From NCBI GenBank assembly GCA_965205015.1, contig OZ242029.1:2944001-3008000 (forward strand): a stretch of DNA of 64,000 nucleotides, read 5' to 3'. The position numbers were made by a program, and so were the translations under genes. The stretch comes from Candidatus Poribacteria bacterium (GTDB taxonomy: Bacteria; Poribacteria; WGA-4E; WGA-3G). The notes under the pieces were generated by a model, which saw nothing but the letters and a program-made list of their open reading frames with translations, did not search any database and was not told where the DNA came from. Positions 17,338 through 25,749 of the stretch are shown piece by piece. Numbering within the stretch: position 1 is the first letter of the stretch; each line of letters opens with the position of its first letter.

Positions 17338-17979
17338 ATGCTTACGCGCTTTGTAGGACAAGATCTTTCTGTTACCATTTCTCACTTAATGTTACTTGTT
17401 TTTGTTGCCATCCTTCCGTGTATTGGCGGTTGTGGTGAAGATGACAACCCTATCATTGATGATGACCATGACCACGAACACGAAGCGGATGCACCCCTTC
17501 ACGCTGATGCCGACGGCTTTAACCTGGAAATCAATGGAGATGTGGTCTATCATCAACATCAAGGCACCCATGAAGGTGGTCTCACCGTTGGCGTTGGTGA
17601 AGAGATTCAGGTCGATGTACATTTTATTGACGCGAACGAAGCGGAACTCCATCTCGATGAAGTAGCGCCCCCGCCGGATGGAGAGGACGACCATGGAGAG
17701 GACGACCATGGACATGGCGGAGCGGAATTCTTCAGTTTGGGTCTGTCGGGTTACGATTCCTCTATTATTAGGATCCATCTGGACGAAGAGGAACATGGTG
17801 AAGAAGAGGAACATGGTGAAGAAGAGGAACACGAAGAGGAACACGAAGAACACGGTGACGCGTTACCGTTTGGACTCGAAGGATTGAAAGCAGGAAAAAC
17901 GGAAATCAAACTGCAACTGCTTCACGGGAATCATCCGGATTTCACGGCGGCACTTCTGATACCGGTGACTGTCCAATAA
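17338..17979 (+). CDS. His/Glu-rich putative metal-binding lipoprotein
   Basis: AGGAG RBS; lipobox IGG-C; DHDHEH, GEDDH x2, EEEHGE repeats; C-terminal 'LLHGNHPDF'. Confidence 0.8.
   Translation: MLTRFVGQDLSVTISHLMLLVFVAILPCIGGCGEDDNPIIDDDHDHEHEADAPLHADADGFNLEINGDVVYHQHQGTHEGGLTVGVGEEIQVDVHFIDANEAELHLDEVAPPPDGEDDHGEDDHGHGGAEFFSLGLSGYDSSIIRIHLDEEEHGEEEEHGEEEEHEEEHEEHGDALPFGLEGLKAGKTEIKLQLLHGNHPDFTAALLIPVTVQ
17785..17856 (+). repeat. Coding tandem repeat (18-nt and 12-nt units, EEEHGE/EEEH)
   Basis: GAAGAGGAACATGGTGAA x2 followed by GAAGAGGAACAC x2; also a 15-nt repeat x2 at 17680-17709. Confidence 0.85.
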
Positions 17980-17991
17980 GGGGAGAGGTCC

Positions 17992-20352
17992 ATGTTAGGC
18001 ATTTATAGAGGACTTACGCGGTCCCCTTGTAGGTGCGGTTTCAAACCGCACCTACCGCGTGGGGGTATGCGGAATTCTGCGATTTCGCGTGAGTCCTGTT
18101 ATAGGGGTCTGCTGAGGTCTCATCGGATAGGGGCACTTTTTAAGGGGGTCTGTCTATGTATGTTGATGTTTGGAGCGGTAAGTCTGCCCTACTGTTATGG
18201 ACGGGGACATAGTGCTCAAAACCGACTGCATTCCTTGGAAGGTGAAGTTGTCGAAAAGCTGAGGCATGCCCAACTCGGTGCAGTTACCGTCCGTCTGAAG
18301 GGACTGAAAGAAAGTGTCCGGACGGATACAAGCGGTCGGTTTAAGTTCGACGCAGTGCCGGAAGGACAGCAGACGCTTCAGTTCCTGAAGGTCGGTTATC
18401 AACTGTTTGAACAAGTCGTTGATGTCAATGCCGCCACACCTTATCTCAAGATTGAATTGGCGGCGTTGCCGTTTCAACTGAACACCATCAAAGTCTACGG
18501 TTCAAATCGCTATCTGTCACAGTTTGAGGAAACAACCGACTTAGCATTGGATGAGGAAGCGCTCCAAAGACGGTTAGGTATGACCTTAGCGAACACGTTG
18601 GCGAATGAGATCGGCATTTCACAACGAACGATGGGGCGGGCAATCGCTCGTCCTGTGATTCGTGGATTGGGCGGTGACAGGCTGCTCATTCTGGAAAACG
18701 GCGAACGGACAGGCGATAAATCCGCATCCAGTGCCGACCACGCTGTATCGATTGATCCGACGACGGCTGAAGGCGTTGAAATTACGCGGGGTCCCGCATC
18801 GCTCATTTACGGTTCAAGCACTCTGGGTGGGGTTATCAACGTCAAAAGCAATCACATACCCCAAATTCTACCGAGACGGCTCGATATGCACCTAACGTTC
18901 CAGGCGGAATCTGTTAACTCGGGTTTGACGGGAACAACAGGTTTTACGTTCCCAATTGGTGATTTTGCGGGGAATGTCGAATGGAATCGACGCCTTGCCT
19001 CTGACATACAAACGCCGGTGGGGGTCCTCGAAAACACTTCCCTTTCAAACGTCAATTTTTCAGGCGGTGCCTCGCTGATTAAGCCGTGGGGTTTCATCGG
19101 TGCCTCTGGAAGCCGGTATCGTTCAGATTACGGCGTTCCGGGTTCTCCAGAAGGACATATCAGTGGCGTTAACATCGCACTCGACAAGCAACGGTATGAA
19201 GGGCAGATGGAGTACCGCTTCAATACAAGGATGCTTGAAAAGGTAAGACTTCAGACTGCCTATACGCGTTATGAGCATCAAGAGTTGGAGTCGAACGGAA
19301 CACTGGGTGTGGAGTTCGGGGTGATAACCTACAACGTCTCAGCGATGGCGCACGTGTTCGACAACGCCGTTGCGGGTGTTTGGGGGGAATATCGAGACCA
19401 TGCCACAGGTGGGTTTTATTGGACACCGCACACCCGTGAGTTCGCGTTGGCGGGATTTTATCTCAACCAGCGTAACTTTGGCAAACTCACCTTACAGGGG
19501 GCTATCCGCTACGACGTTAGGCGTTCGGAACCGTTTCGACCTGGGGCAGTTGTCCGAGCCGGAACCGTCCAACGCCGCGATTTCAACGGTTTCTCCGGGG
19601 CTACCTCTGGAATTTACCATTGGACGGATAGGGTGAGCACTGGAGCGACCCTGATGAAAACGTTTCGCGCACCCGGTATTGAGGAACTTTTCAGCGATGG
19701 CCCCCACTTGGCTGTCTTTTCCTACGAAATCGGCAATGCAGAGCTGGAATCTGAGAATGGCTATGGCACTGAACTCTTCGTCAAATACGCAGACGAGAGG
19801 TTCAGACTCAATCTGGCACTTTTCAGGAATCAGATACAGAACTACCTCATTCCGACGCAGAGCGGTGAAAAGGAGTGGGGTAGCGGGGCAGCGGGATGGT
19901 TATGGATTTATCAATACATGGGACACGATGTTGTGATGGATGGGGCTGAAATCCAAATAGGGGGTGAGGTCCTCTCACAGGTCCATCTTCAGTTGAATAT
20001 GAGTTACATCCACGGAACTATTCAAACCAGTGGGCGACCGCTGGAGCGTATCCCACCCCTCAACGGTAAATTCGTCATCAGTTACACACCCGCCCCGTTG
20101 CATTTGCATGTTGCATCCCGTTTTTCAGGCAGCCAGACCCGACTCGGCGAATTTGAGGAACCGACAGACGGCTACCTCGTCTATGATATTGGAGGTTCTC
20201 TCAATTTTTCGTGGTGGCAGCTTGAGAACATGGTCGTTTTCGAGATTGAAAACCTCCTTGATACCGCCTACCGCGAACATTTGTCTCGCATCAAAGCGGT
20301 CATGCCGGAACCCGGACGGAACGCGAAGTTGCTGTATAAACTTAATTTTTGA
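17992..20352 (+). CDS. TonB-dependent receptor (probably zinc/metal; ZnuD-like)
   Basis: N-terminal carboxypeptidase-regulatory-like domain, plug RPVIRGLGGDR..DHAVSIDP..RGPASLIYGSSTLGGVINV, FRAPGIEELFSDGPH, NLLDTAYREHLS, terminal Phe. Confidence 0.92.
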   Translation: MLGIYRGLTRSPCRCGFKPHLPRGGMRNSAISRESCYRGLLRSHRIGALFKGVCLCMLMFGAVSLPYCYGRGHSAQNRLHSLEGEVVEKLRHAQLGAVTVRLKGLKESVRTDTSGRFKFDAVPEGQQTLQFLKVGYQLFEQVVDVNAATPYLKIELAALPFQLNTIKVYGSNRYLSQFEETTDLALDEEALQRRLGMTLANTLANEIGISQRTMGRAIARPVIRGLGGDRLLILENGERTGDKSASSADHAVSIDPTTAEGVEITRGPASLIYGSSTLGGVINVKSNHIPQILPRRLDMHLTFQAESVNSGLTGTTGFTFPIGDFAGNVEWNRRLASDIQTPVGVLENTSLSNVNFSGGASLIKPWGFIGASGSRYRSDYGVPGSPEGHISGVNIALDKQRYEGQMEYRFNTRMLEKVRLQTAYTRYEHQELESNGTLGVEFGVITYNVSAMAHVFDNAVAGVWGEYRDHATGGFYWTPHTREFALAGFYLNQRNFGKLTLQGAIRYDVRRSEPFRPGAVVRAGTVQRRDFNGFSGATSGIYHWTDRVSTGATLMKTFRAPGIEELFSDGPHLAVFSYEIGNAELESENGYGTELFVKYADERFRLNLALFRNQIQNYLIPTQSGEKEWGSGAAGWLWIYQYMGHDVVMDGAEIQIGGEVLSQVHLQLNMSYIHGTIQTSGRPLERIPPLNGKFVISYTPAPLHLHVASRFSGSQTRLGEFEEPTDGYLVYDIGGSLNFSWWQLENMVVFEIENLLDTAYREHLSRIKAVMPEPGRNAKLLYKLNF
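18009..18098. mobile_element. MITE-like element inserted in frame in TonB receptor 5' end
   Basis: TIRs AGGACTTACGC (18009-18019) / GCGTGAGTCCT (18087-18097); flanking direct repeat TTATAG (18003-18008, 18099-18104); internal hairpin GTAGGTGCGGTTT-C-AAACCGCACCTAC. Confidence 0.8.
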
Positions 20353-20418
20353 AACTGTAGGATGGGGACGATGGTTTTTATCATTCGTCCCCGTTCTCGA
20401 TTTTCTAAGGAGATAAAA

Positions 20419-20817
20419 TTGAAAAAATACTTTAACCACGAATTAGCGGATACGACTGGCGCGTGTCTCTCTGTAGCGTGCGCCGTCCATTGCCTTTCGA
20501 TGCCGCTTTTAGTCGCAGTTTTGCCTTTGATTGGGTTGGGCTTCCTTGCGAATGAAAGTGCTGAATTGGTGCTTATCCTTGTGGCAATTGGACTGGCAGT
20601 TGGGAGTTTAGCGTGGGGGCTTCGACACCACCGAAGTTGGCGCGCATTGTTGATACTGATAGTGGCATTGGCATTCATCGCCACCGCTCGAACAGCCGTT
20701 GAGGGCACATTTGAAGTGGTCTTCTATAGTATCGGTGCGGTTTTACTCGCCTCCGCACACCTTGTAAATCGGTACTTATGTAAGACCTGTCCAGCATGTG
20801 AGCCGGGAGATGTATAA
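20419..20817 (+). CDS. MerC-domain membrane protein
   Basis: TTG start after AAGGAG; 'DTTGACLSVACAVHCL..P', GLRHH, AHLVN; four TMs. Confidence 0.85.
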   Translation: MKKYFNHELADTTGACLSVACAVHCLSMPLLVAVLPLIGLGFLANESAELVLILVAIGLAVGSLAWGLRHHRSWRALLILIVALAFIATARTAVEGTFEVVFYSIGAVLLASAHLVNRYLCKTCPACEPGDV

Positions 20818-21763
20818 GATTATGCAGAGACTATACATTTCAGTGTGTTTAATAGGTATACTAATATGGTCTGGCTGTGATCCGAAGGGACAACCGGGGG
20901 CTGCCACGGACGATAAACTTCGCGTTGTTGCTACGATCGGTATGATTGCTGATGTTGTTAAAAATGTTGGCGGTCCGCGCGTTGAGGTGACCGGGATGGT
21001 AGCACCTGGCGTAGACCCACACTTTTACAACCCGACGCCTAAAGATGTTCAAAGGCTCGGTTCAGCACACATCATCTTCTATAACGGGCTGCACCTTGAA
21101 GCAAAAATGACGGACATCCTTGCGAAGATGTCGGAGGATACGCTGACGGTCGCCGTAACAGACGCTGTAGATCGGAGTCTACTGCTAACACCCGCAGAAT
21201 ACGAGGGACTCTACGATCCGCACTTATGGTTTGACGTGAAGCTTTGGATGCAAACGGTGGGAAAAGTGCGCGATGCCCTGAGTGAATTCGATGCCGATAA
21301 TACTGACCTGTACCGCAGCAACGCCGAACGCTACCTCACGAAACTCATGGAACTCGATGAATACGTAAAGTCGCAAGTGGAACGCGTGCCATCTCAGCAA
21401 CGCGTCCTTGTGACGGCGCACGACTGTTTTAACTACTTCGGAACGGCATACGGGTTTGAGGTACGCGGATTACAAGGTATTAGCACTGCGACAGAAGTCG
21501 GTATCGCTGATGTACAGGAATTGGCGACGTTTATTGCGGAGCGGGGTATCTCTGCTATTTTTGTAGAGTCATCCGTCTCTTCACGGAGTCTCGAAGCCGT
21601 GAAAGCCGCCGTGAAGTCAAAAGGATTTGATGTGAAGATCGGTGGTGTGCTCTTCACAGACGCTATGGGAAATGAGGGGACACCTGAAGGGACCTACATC
21701 GGGATGATCCGATATAATATTGATACGATTGTACATGCTTTGATTGAGAAATCGGAGTTATAA
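20798..21763 (+). CDS. Metal ABC transporter substrate-binding lipoprotein (TroA/MntA/ZnuA cluster A-I); start uncertain
   Basis: Lipobox WSG-C; GVDPH, YNGLHLE, DPHLWFD, TAHD.F.YF, TDA (His-His-His-Asp ligands). Confidence 0.92.
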   Translation: MSREMYKIMQRLYISVCLIGILIWSGCDPKGQPGAATDDKLRVVATIGMIADVVKNVGGPRVEVTGMVAPGVDPHFYNPTPKDVQRLGSAHIIFYNGLHLEAKMTDILAKMSEDTLTVAVTDAVDRSLLLTPAEYEGLYDPHLWFDVKLWMQTVGKVRDALSEFDADNTDLYRSNAERYLTKLMELDEYVKSQVERVPSQQRVLVTAHDCFNYFGTAYGFEVRGLQGISTATEVGIADVQELATFIAERGISAIFVESSVSSRSLEAVKAAVKSKGFDVKIGGVLFTDAMGNEGTPEGTYIGMIRYNIDTIVHALIEKSEL

Positions 21764-21925
21764 CCCGTTGGCTTCCAGCCAGCGGGTTTCTATCAAGGCT
21801 GGTCACGTGCTGCCTATTGGGATGGTCGAAATGATGTGGGTAAGCGGGTTTCAAGTGGTGTCTATTTCTATCGATTGTCCACACCCTCTTTCCATCAGAT
21901 GAAGCGGATGGTTATTTTGAAATAA
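21764..21925 (+). pseudogene. Orphan 3' remnant of a FlgD-Ig/secretion-tail gene
   Basis: Reads PVGFQPAGFYQGWSRAAYWDGRNDVGKRVSSGVYFYRLSTPSFHQMKRMVILK* with no start codon or RBS. Confidence 0.75.
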
Positions 21926-22002
21926 GTGCCGAGAAAATTCATCACTACGCTTGAATGTCATTGGGTAGTGATGAATGTGTATATTCGCGGGCGTGTAACA
22001 CA
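21897..22002 (+). repeat. About 105-bp direct repeat, copy 1 (contains 12-bp stem hairpin)
   Basis: Near-identical to 23362-23467; stem ATTCATCACTAC/GTAGTGATGAAT. Confidence 0.9.
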
Positions 22003-22167
22003 ACGGCTGATTTTATTGAGTTTGTCCGGTTGCCGCAAGCCGGCGTACTATAACTTTGACTCATGTTAAGAAATAGTGCAAAGAAACCGACAATTCTTGA
22101 CACCGCTTTTGAATTGCTTCGTGACCTTGAGGAGAAGTAGAAGCGGCTTCTTATGGAGGAATAAGTC

Positions 22168-22764
22168 ATGTCTGGCAGAACTGGCAACGAATCTGCGCGT
22201 TGGTCAGGTGCATTGAACAAGGTCAGGAAGATCGGGACGACGCTGTTGGACCAACAGTTGTGGTGTTGGGGACAGGACATTCGCCGGACAGGCGGAAATG
22301 CTTTGCTCGCCTACGGTTTTACCAAACATCGACCGCTGGAAGGCAAGCACGGAAGTACCGCTTATGAGTGGCGTGGCTCTGGCAGAAGCCGAGTTATTTT
22401 ATGGGGATTCGGGTTTTTCTATGGCGATGGGGACCGAGGCGGACTTTTCTTGCAGCGTTACAAATTCGCGCCCAAACAGACGGCAGCGGTCGATTTTTCG
22501 TTGCCCATATGGAAACCAGAGCAACTCCCTGAGCTTACGCATCCACGTGATGTGGAAGCGTGGGGTCGCGTTTTCAGCTTGCTCACTCAAGGTCTCGCAT
22601 GGATAGGCGACTACGAGCGGTGGATTATTTCTGAATACGGACTTGACTATCGCCAACGGTGTACTGACGCATGGAAGAAGAAATGTATTCCGGCACACGA
22701 GATGGCTGCAAAGTGGCATGAACTCGTCGAATACTTGCTTTCACAGCCCGGAAGCGATTGGTAA
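22168..22764 (+). CDS. Hypothetical protein (Trp/Gly-rich, 198 aa)
   Basis: GGAGGA RBS, ATG start, protein-like composition; no recognised motif. Confidence 0.65.
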   Translation: MSGRTGNESARWSGALNKVRKIGTTLLDQQLWCWGQDIRRTGGNALLAYGFTKHRPLEGKHGSTAYEWRGSGRSRVILWGFGFFYGDGDRGGLFLQRYKFAPKQTAAVDFSLPIWKPEQLPELTHPRDVEAWGRVFSLLTQGLAWIGDYERWIISEYGLDYRQRCTDAWKKKCIPAHEMAAKWHELVEYLLSQPGSDW

Positions 22765-22802
22765 ACATAAGGAATAATCCGAATCAACTTTTTAAGTTCT
22801 AT

Positions 22803-22831
22803 TTGACATTGACACAATCGCGTGCTATAAT
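22803..22831 (+). promoter_or_regulatory. Consensus sigma70 promoter of metal operon 2
   Basis: TTGACA-17 nt-TATAAT with extended -10 TG; duplicate of 16531-16559. Confidence 0.85.
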
Positions 22832-22887
22832 TTATCGCAAGTTTATTGGCACTCATTTTTTTTAATCATAACCATAGGTTCTGGTGT

Positions 22888-23247
22888 ATGAGAAACGGCA
22901 CAACTTTTCCCAACAAGTTAATATTTGGGCTTAGTTTGAAAATCTGTGTTTTAACAGGTTTATGTTGTTACGTCGTGCTGCTGGGTATTATCGGACTGGC
23001 ACACGATCATGACGAACATGCCCATTGCAAGGAACATGCCCATTGCAAGGATACCTGCGCAGCCTGTTCCTTTTGCAGCCAGCACGTCGGTGTCGAGATT
23101 GAATCCTTTGCTCTCAACGCGCCGTTCTTTTTTCATACTATACTCCGACTTTATGAAGACACTGTTATCCCTCTAAAACTGGTCATCCACACGCGAAGTC
23201 GTGCCCCACCTGTATTCTCCACTGAACTCGCAAATTATGCCTTTTAA
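22888..23247 (+). CDS. Second DUF2946/CruR-like RAPP leader protein
   Basis: MRNG start matches copy 1; HDHDEHAHCKEHAHCK, CAACSFC, TRSRAPPVFS; 18-nt perfect tandem repeat at 23014-23049. Confidence 0.8.
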   Translation: MRNGTTFPNKLIFGLSLKICVLTGLCCYVVLLGIIGLAHDHDEHAHCKEHAHCKDTCAACSFCSQHVGVEIESFALNAPFFFHTILRLYEDTVIPLKLVIHTRSRAPPVFSTELANYAF

Positions 23248-23361
23248 AGGCAGATTTTGTTTTTCCTTTATATCCTTGATTGTACAAAGATCGCGGGGGT
23301 ACCTATGACGGGTCCCGCGCTTTGTACACCGCTGCTTTGGAACGTATCGTAGCGTTTCTGT

Positions 23362-23467
23362 AGATGAAGCGGATGGTTATTTTGAAATAAGTGTCGAGAA
23401 AATTCATCACTACGCTTGAATGTCATTGGATGGTGATGAATGTGTATATTCGCAGGAGTGTAACACA
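23362..23467 (+). repeat. About 105-bp direct repeat, copy 2
   Basis: Near-identical to 21897-22002. Confidence 0.9.
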
Positions 23468-23479
23468 CAGGAGAAAGGT

Positions 23480-23890
23480 ATGAGCGCAGATAGAATCGAA
23501 TCGTCGTCCAAGCTAGCATCAAAACGGCGCGTCTTAATGCATATACTGGTCTGTAACGGTTGTTGTTGTGGCGTGACAGAGAAACGGAAACCGCCTGTAC
23601 CGGTCGAGTGGCTCATACAGGAGTGGCGGAACAGACGACTGGCCTCTTCAATAACATTGACAATCAGCGCAGGCTGCCTTGGGCCATGCGATCTCGCAAA
23701 TGTCATCTGTATCACATCACCGGACGGTGTCGTGTGGTTAGGACAGATAGAACTCCATCTACACTATGAGCGACTCGTGGATTGGGCGGAAGCCGTGGCG
23801 CGAACAGATGCGCTACTTCCGTTGCCTTCAGCCTTTGAGAGTCACCGTTTTGATCGGTTTCGATCTTCCTACACACCTTCCACAGAATAG
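23480..23890 (+). CDS. Thioredoxin-like (2Fe-2S) ferredoxin-domain protein with CNGCCCG motif
   Basis: ATG after AGGAG; LVCNGCCCG and GCLGPC..ANV motifs. Confidence 0.7.
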   Translation: MSADRIESSSKLASKRRVLMHILVCNGCCCGVTEKRKPPVPVEWLIQEWRNRRLASSITLTISAGCLGPCDLANVICITSPDGVVWLGQIELHLHYERLVDWAEAVARTDALLPLPSAFESHRFDRFRSSYTPSTE

Positions 23891-23960
23891 AGACCGCGGA
23901 CTTGAGAAAAATCTGGTCAAAATCGTGTGCGATGACCGATTCGTGGCGAGATTTCAGATA

Positions 23961-24079
23961 TTATAGTAAAGTTTAGAATTAATTAGACACTTTAAAGAGG
24001 CGAGGATACAATCCTCGCCAGCGGCGGAGAGGATTGTTTCGCTAAGCAACTGTCTCCATATTTTTCGACTTTACTATAA
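23961..24079. mobile_element. MITE-like element with TA-flanked ends
   Basis: TTATAGTAAAGT (23961-23972) / ACTTTACTATAA (24068-24079) perfect inverted ends; internal hairpin GGCGAGGAT-ACA-ATCCTCGCC. Confidence 0.7.
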
Positions 24080-24116
24080 AACAGCATCATATACGAGGAG
24101 AGGAGGCCATACAACA

Positions 24117-24377
24117 GTGCTGAAATTTTTCAATTTGCAAAAAGAGAGTGACCCACAGCAACTCGTCCAAGTCAAATCGTGGGTCTCTGAAGTCTTTGAT
24201 CTATCAGAAGACGTCTCCGTGATGATTACTCAGTTGCAATGCACCGAAGAAGGCTGCCCGCCTATTGAAACGGTCATTGCAATCATGGAAACGCCGGGAA
24301 AACCCCGGCAATACAAGATTCACAAACCGTTGGCGGAGGTGAAGCAGACGGACATCGTTAGCTTGACCGCTGGCTAA
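24117..24377 (+). CDS. Small conserved-looking protein with C-x4-CPP-x-ETVI motif
   Basis: GGAGG RBS, GTG start; CTEEGCPPIETVI; directly upstream of the COG0523 gene. Confidence 0.7.
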   Translation: MLKFFNLQKESDPQQLVQVKSWVSEVFDLSEDVSVMITQLQCTEEGCPPIETVIAIMETPGKPRQYKIHKPLAEVKQTDIVSLTAG

Positions 24378-24396
24378 ATTCAACAAGGAGAGACAG

Positions 24397-25749
24397 ATGA
24401 ACACAGCCATGCTAAACAATCAGGTCCCCGTTACCGTGTTGACGGGCTTTTTAGGGTCTGGTAAAACCACACTTCTCAACCGTATTCTCACCGAAAACCA
24501 TGGCAAACGTATCGCCGTCATCGAAAACGAGTTTGGCGAGATCGGCGTCGATAATGATTTGGTCATCGGTGCCGAAGAAGAGATTTTCGAGATGAACAAT
24601 GGTTGCATCTGCTGCACGGTGCGCGGTGATCTCATCCGTATTTTGGGGAATCTGATGAAGCGTCGCGATAAGTTCGACTACATCATGGTCGAAACCACAG
24701 GGCTTGCGGACCCCGGGCCAGTTGCGCAGACGTTCTTCATGGATACCGAAATGAAGGAGAAACTGCAACTGGATTCCGTCACGACGCTGGTTGATGCCAA
24801 ACACATCTGGCAGCACATCGATGACAGCGACGAGGCGCGTGAACAGATTGCCTTTGCCGATGTTATTTTGTTGAACAAGATTGACCTTGTGACCGAGGGA
24901 GAGTTAGATCAACTGGAAGGTAGAATTCGCAGCATGAACAGTGCGGCGAAGATTTATCGAACGAAAGACGCCGTGGTTGAAATGGACAAGATTCTCAATG
25001 TCGGCGGATTCGATCTGGACCGGGCGATGGAGGTTGACCCACAGTTTATGGAACCGGAGTATCCCTTTGAATGGGCTGGTGTTTATAACCTGTCGTCAGG
25101 CACGCATGAACTGGTGCTTCAAGAAGGTCCTGACCCGACGATGAAAGTCGCGTTGGTGCCCGTAAGTGCGTCAACCGATGAGGCTTTGAATGCGGCTGTT
25201 GAACCGGTCGTTATGGTTTTCTCCGATGATGCGCATGAACTTTCGGCGGGAGGCACGCTTCAACCGAGCGGACAGCTCATTGAATTGAATCTCACAGCGG
25301 ACGAATTACGCTTTGACGTGCAGATCGGCCGCTCCGGTGCTTACGCGCTGTTTACCGAGCATCACCCCGACGAATTTCAAGCACAACTCTTTGGCAGCGG
25401 TGCCCCTGTTAAGCCCGTTGTTGAACGCGAATTTAAGCCAGACCACGAACATGATGACGAAGTCACATCGGTCGGCATCACAACCCCCGGCGATCTCGAC
25501 CCCAACCGGTTGGACGATTGGATTAGCGATCTGCTTCTGACAAAAGGTGTCGACATCTTCCGCATGAAAGGTATTCTGAGCATCAAGGGTCAGCCAAACC
25601 GATTCGTCTTCCAAGGTGTTCATATGCTCTTTGACGGTCGCCCTGACCGCCCGTGGGGTGGTGAACCGCGCTACAATAGCCTCATCTTCATCGGGCGCAA
25701 CCTTGACCGGACCGAATTGACTGAGGGGTTTGAAGCATGTCTCGCTTGA
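24397..25749 (+). CDS. COG0523 / CobW-family G3E GTPase metallochaperone
   Basis: GFLGSGKTT, NEFGE, GCICCTVR (CxCC), ETTGLADP, NKID, HEHD, CobW_C domain RMKG..FQGVH..FIGR. Confidence 0.95.
   Translation: MNTAMLNNQVPVTVLTGFLGSGKTTLLNRILTENHGKRIAVIENEFGEIGVDNDLVIGAEEEIFEMNNGCICCTVRGDLIRILGNLMKRRDKFDYIMVETTGLADPGPVAQTFFMDTEMKEKLQLDSVTTLVDAKHIWQHIDDSDEAREQIAFADVILLNKIDLVTEGELDQLEGRIRSMNSAAKIYRTKDAVVEMDKILNVGGFDLDRAMEVDPQFMEPEYPFEWAGVYNLSSGTHELVLQEGPDPTMKVALVPVSASTDEALNAAVEPVVMVFSDDAHELSAGGTLQPSGQLIELNLTADELRFDVQIGRSGAYALFTEHHPDEFQAQLFGSGAPVKPVVEREFKPDHEHDDEVTSVGITTPGDLDPNRLDDWISDLLLTKGVDIFRMKGILSIKGQPNRFVFQGVHMLFDGRPDRPWGGEPRYNSLIFIGRNLDRTELTEGFEACLA

Noticed and set aside
20419-20817. Mercury-resistance operon
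   Set aside because: Only a MerC-like domain; no merA, merR, merP or merT, and the context is metal uptake
24397-25749. Cobalamin biosynthesis gene cobW with a B12 riboswitch
   Set aside because: No cob genes nearby and no recognisable B12-box upstream; called generic COG0523
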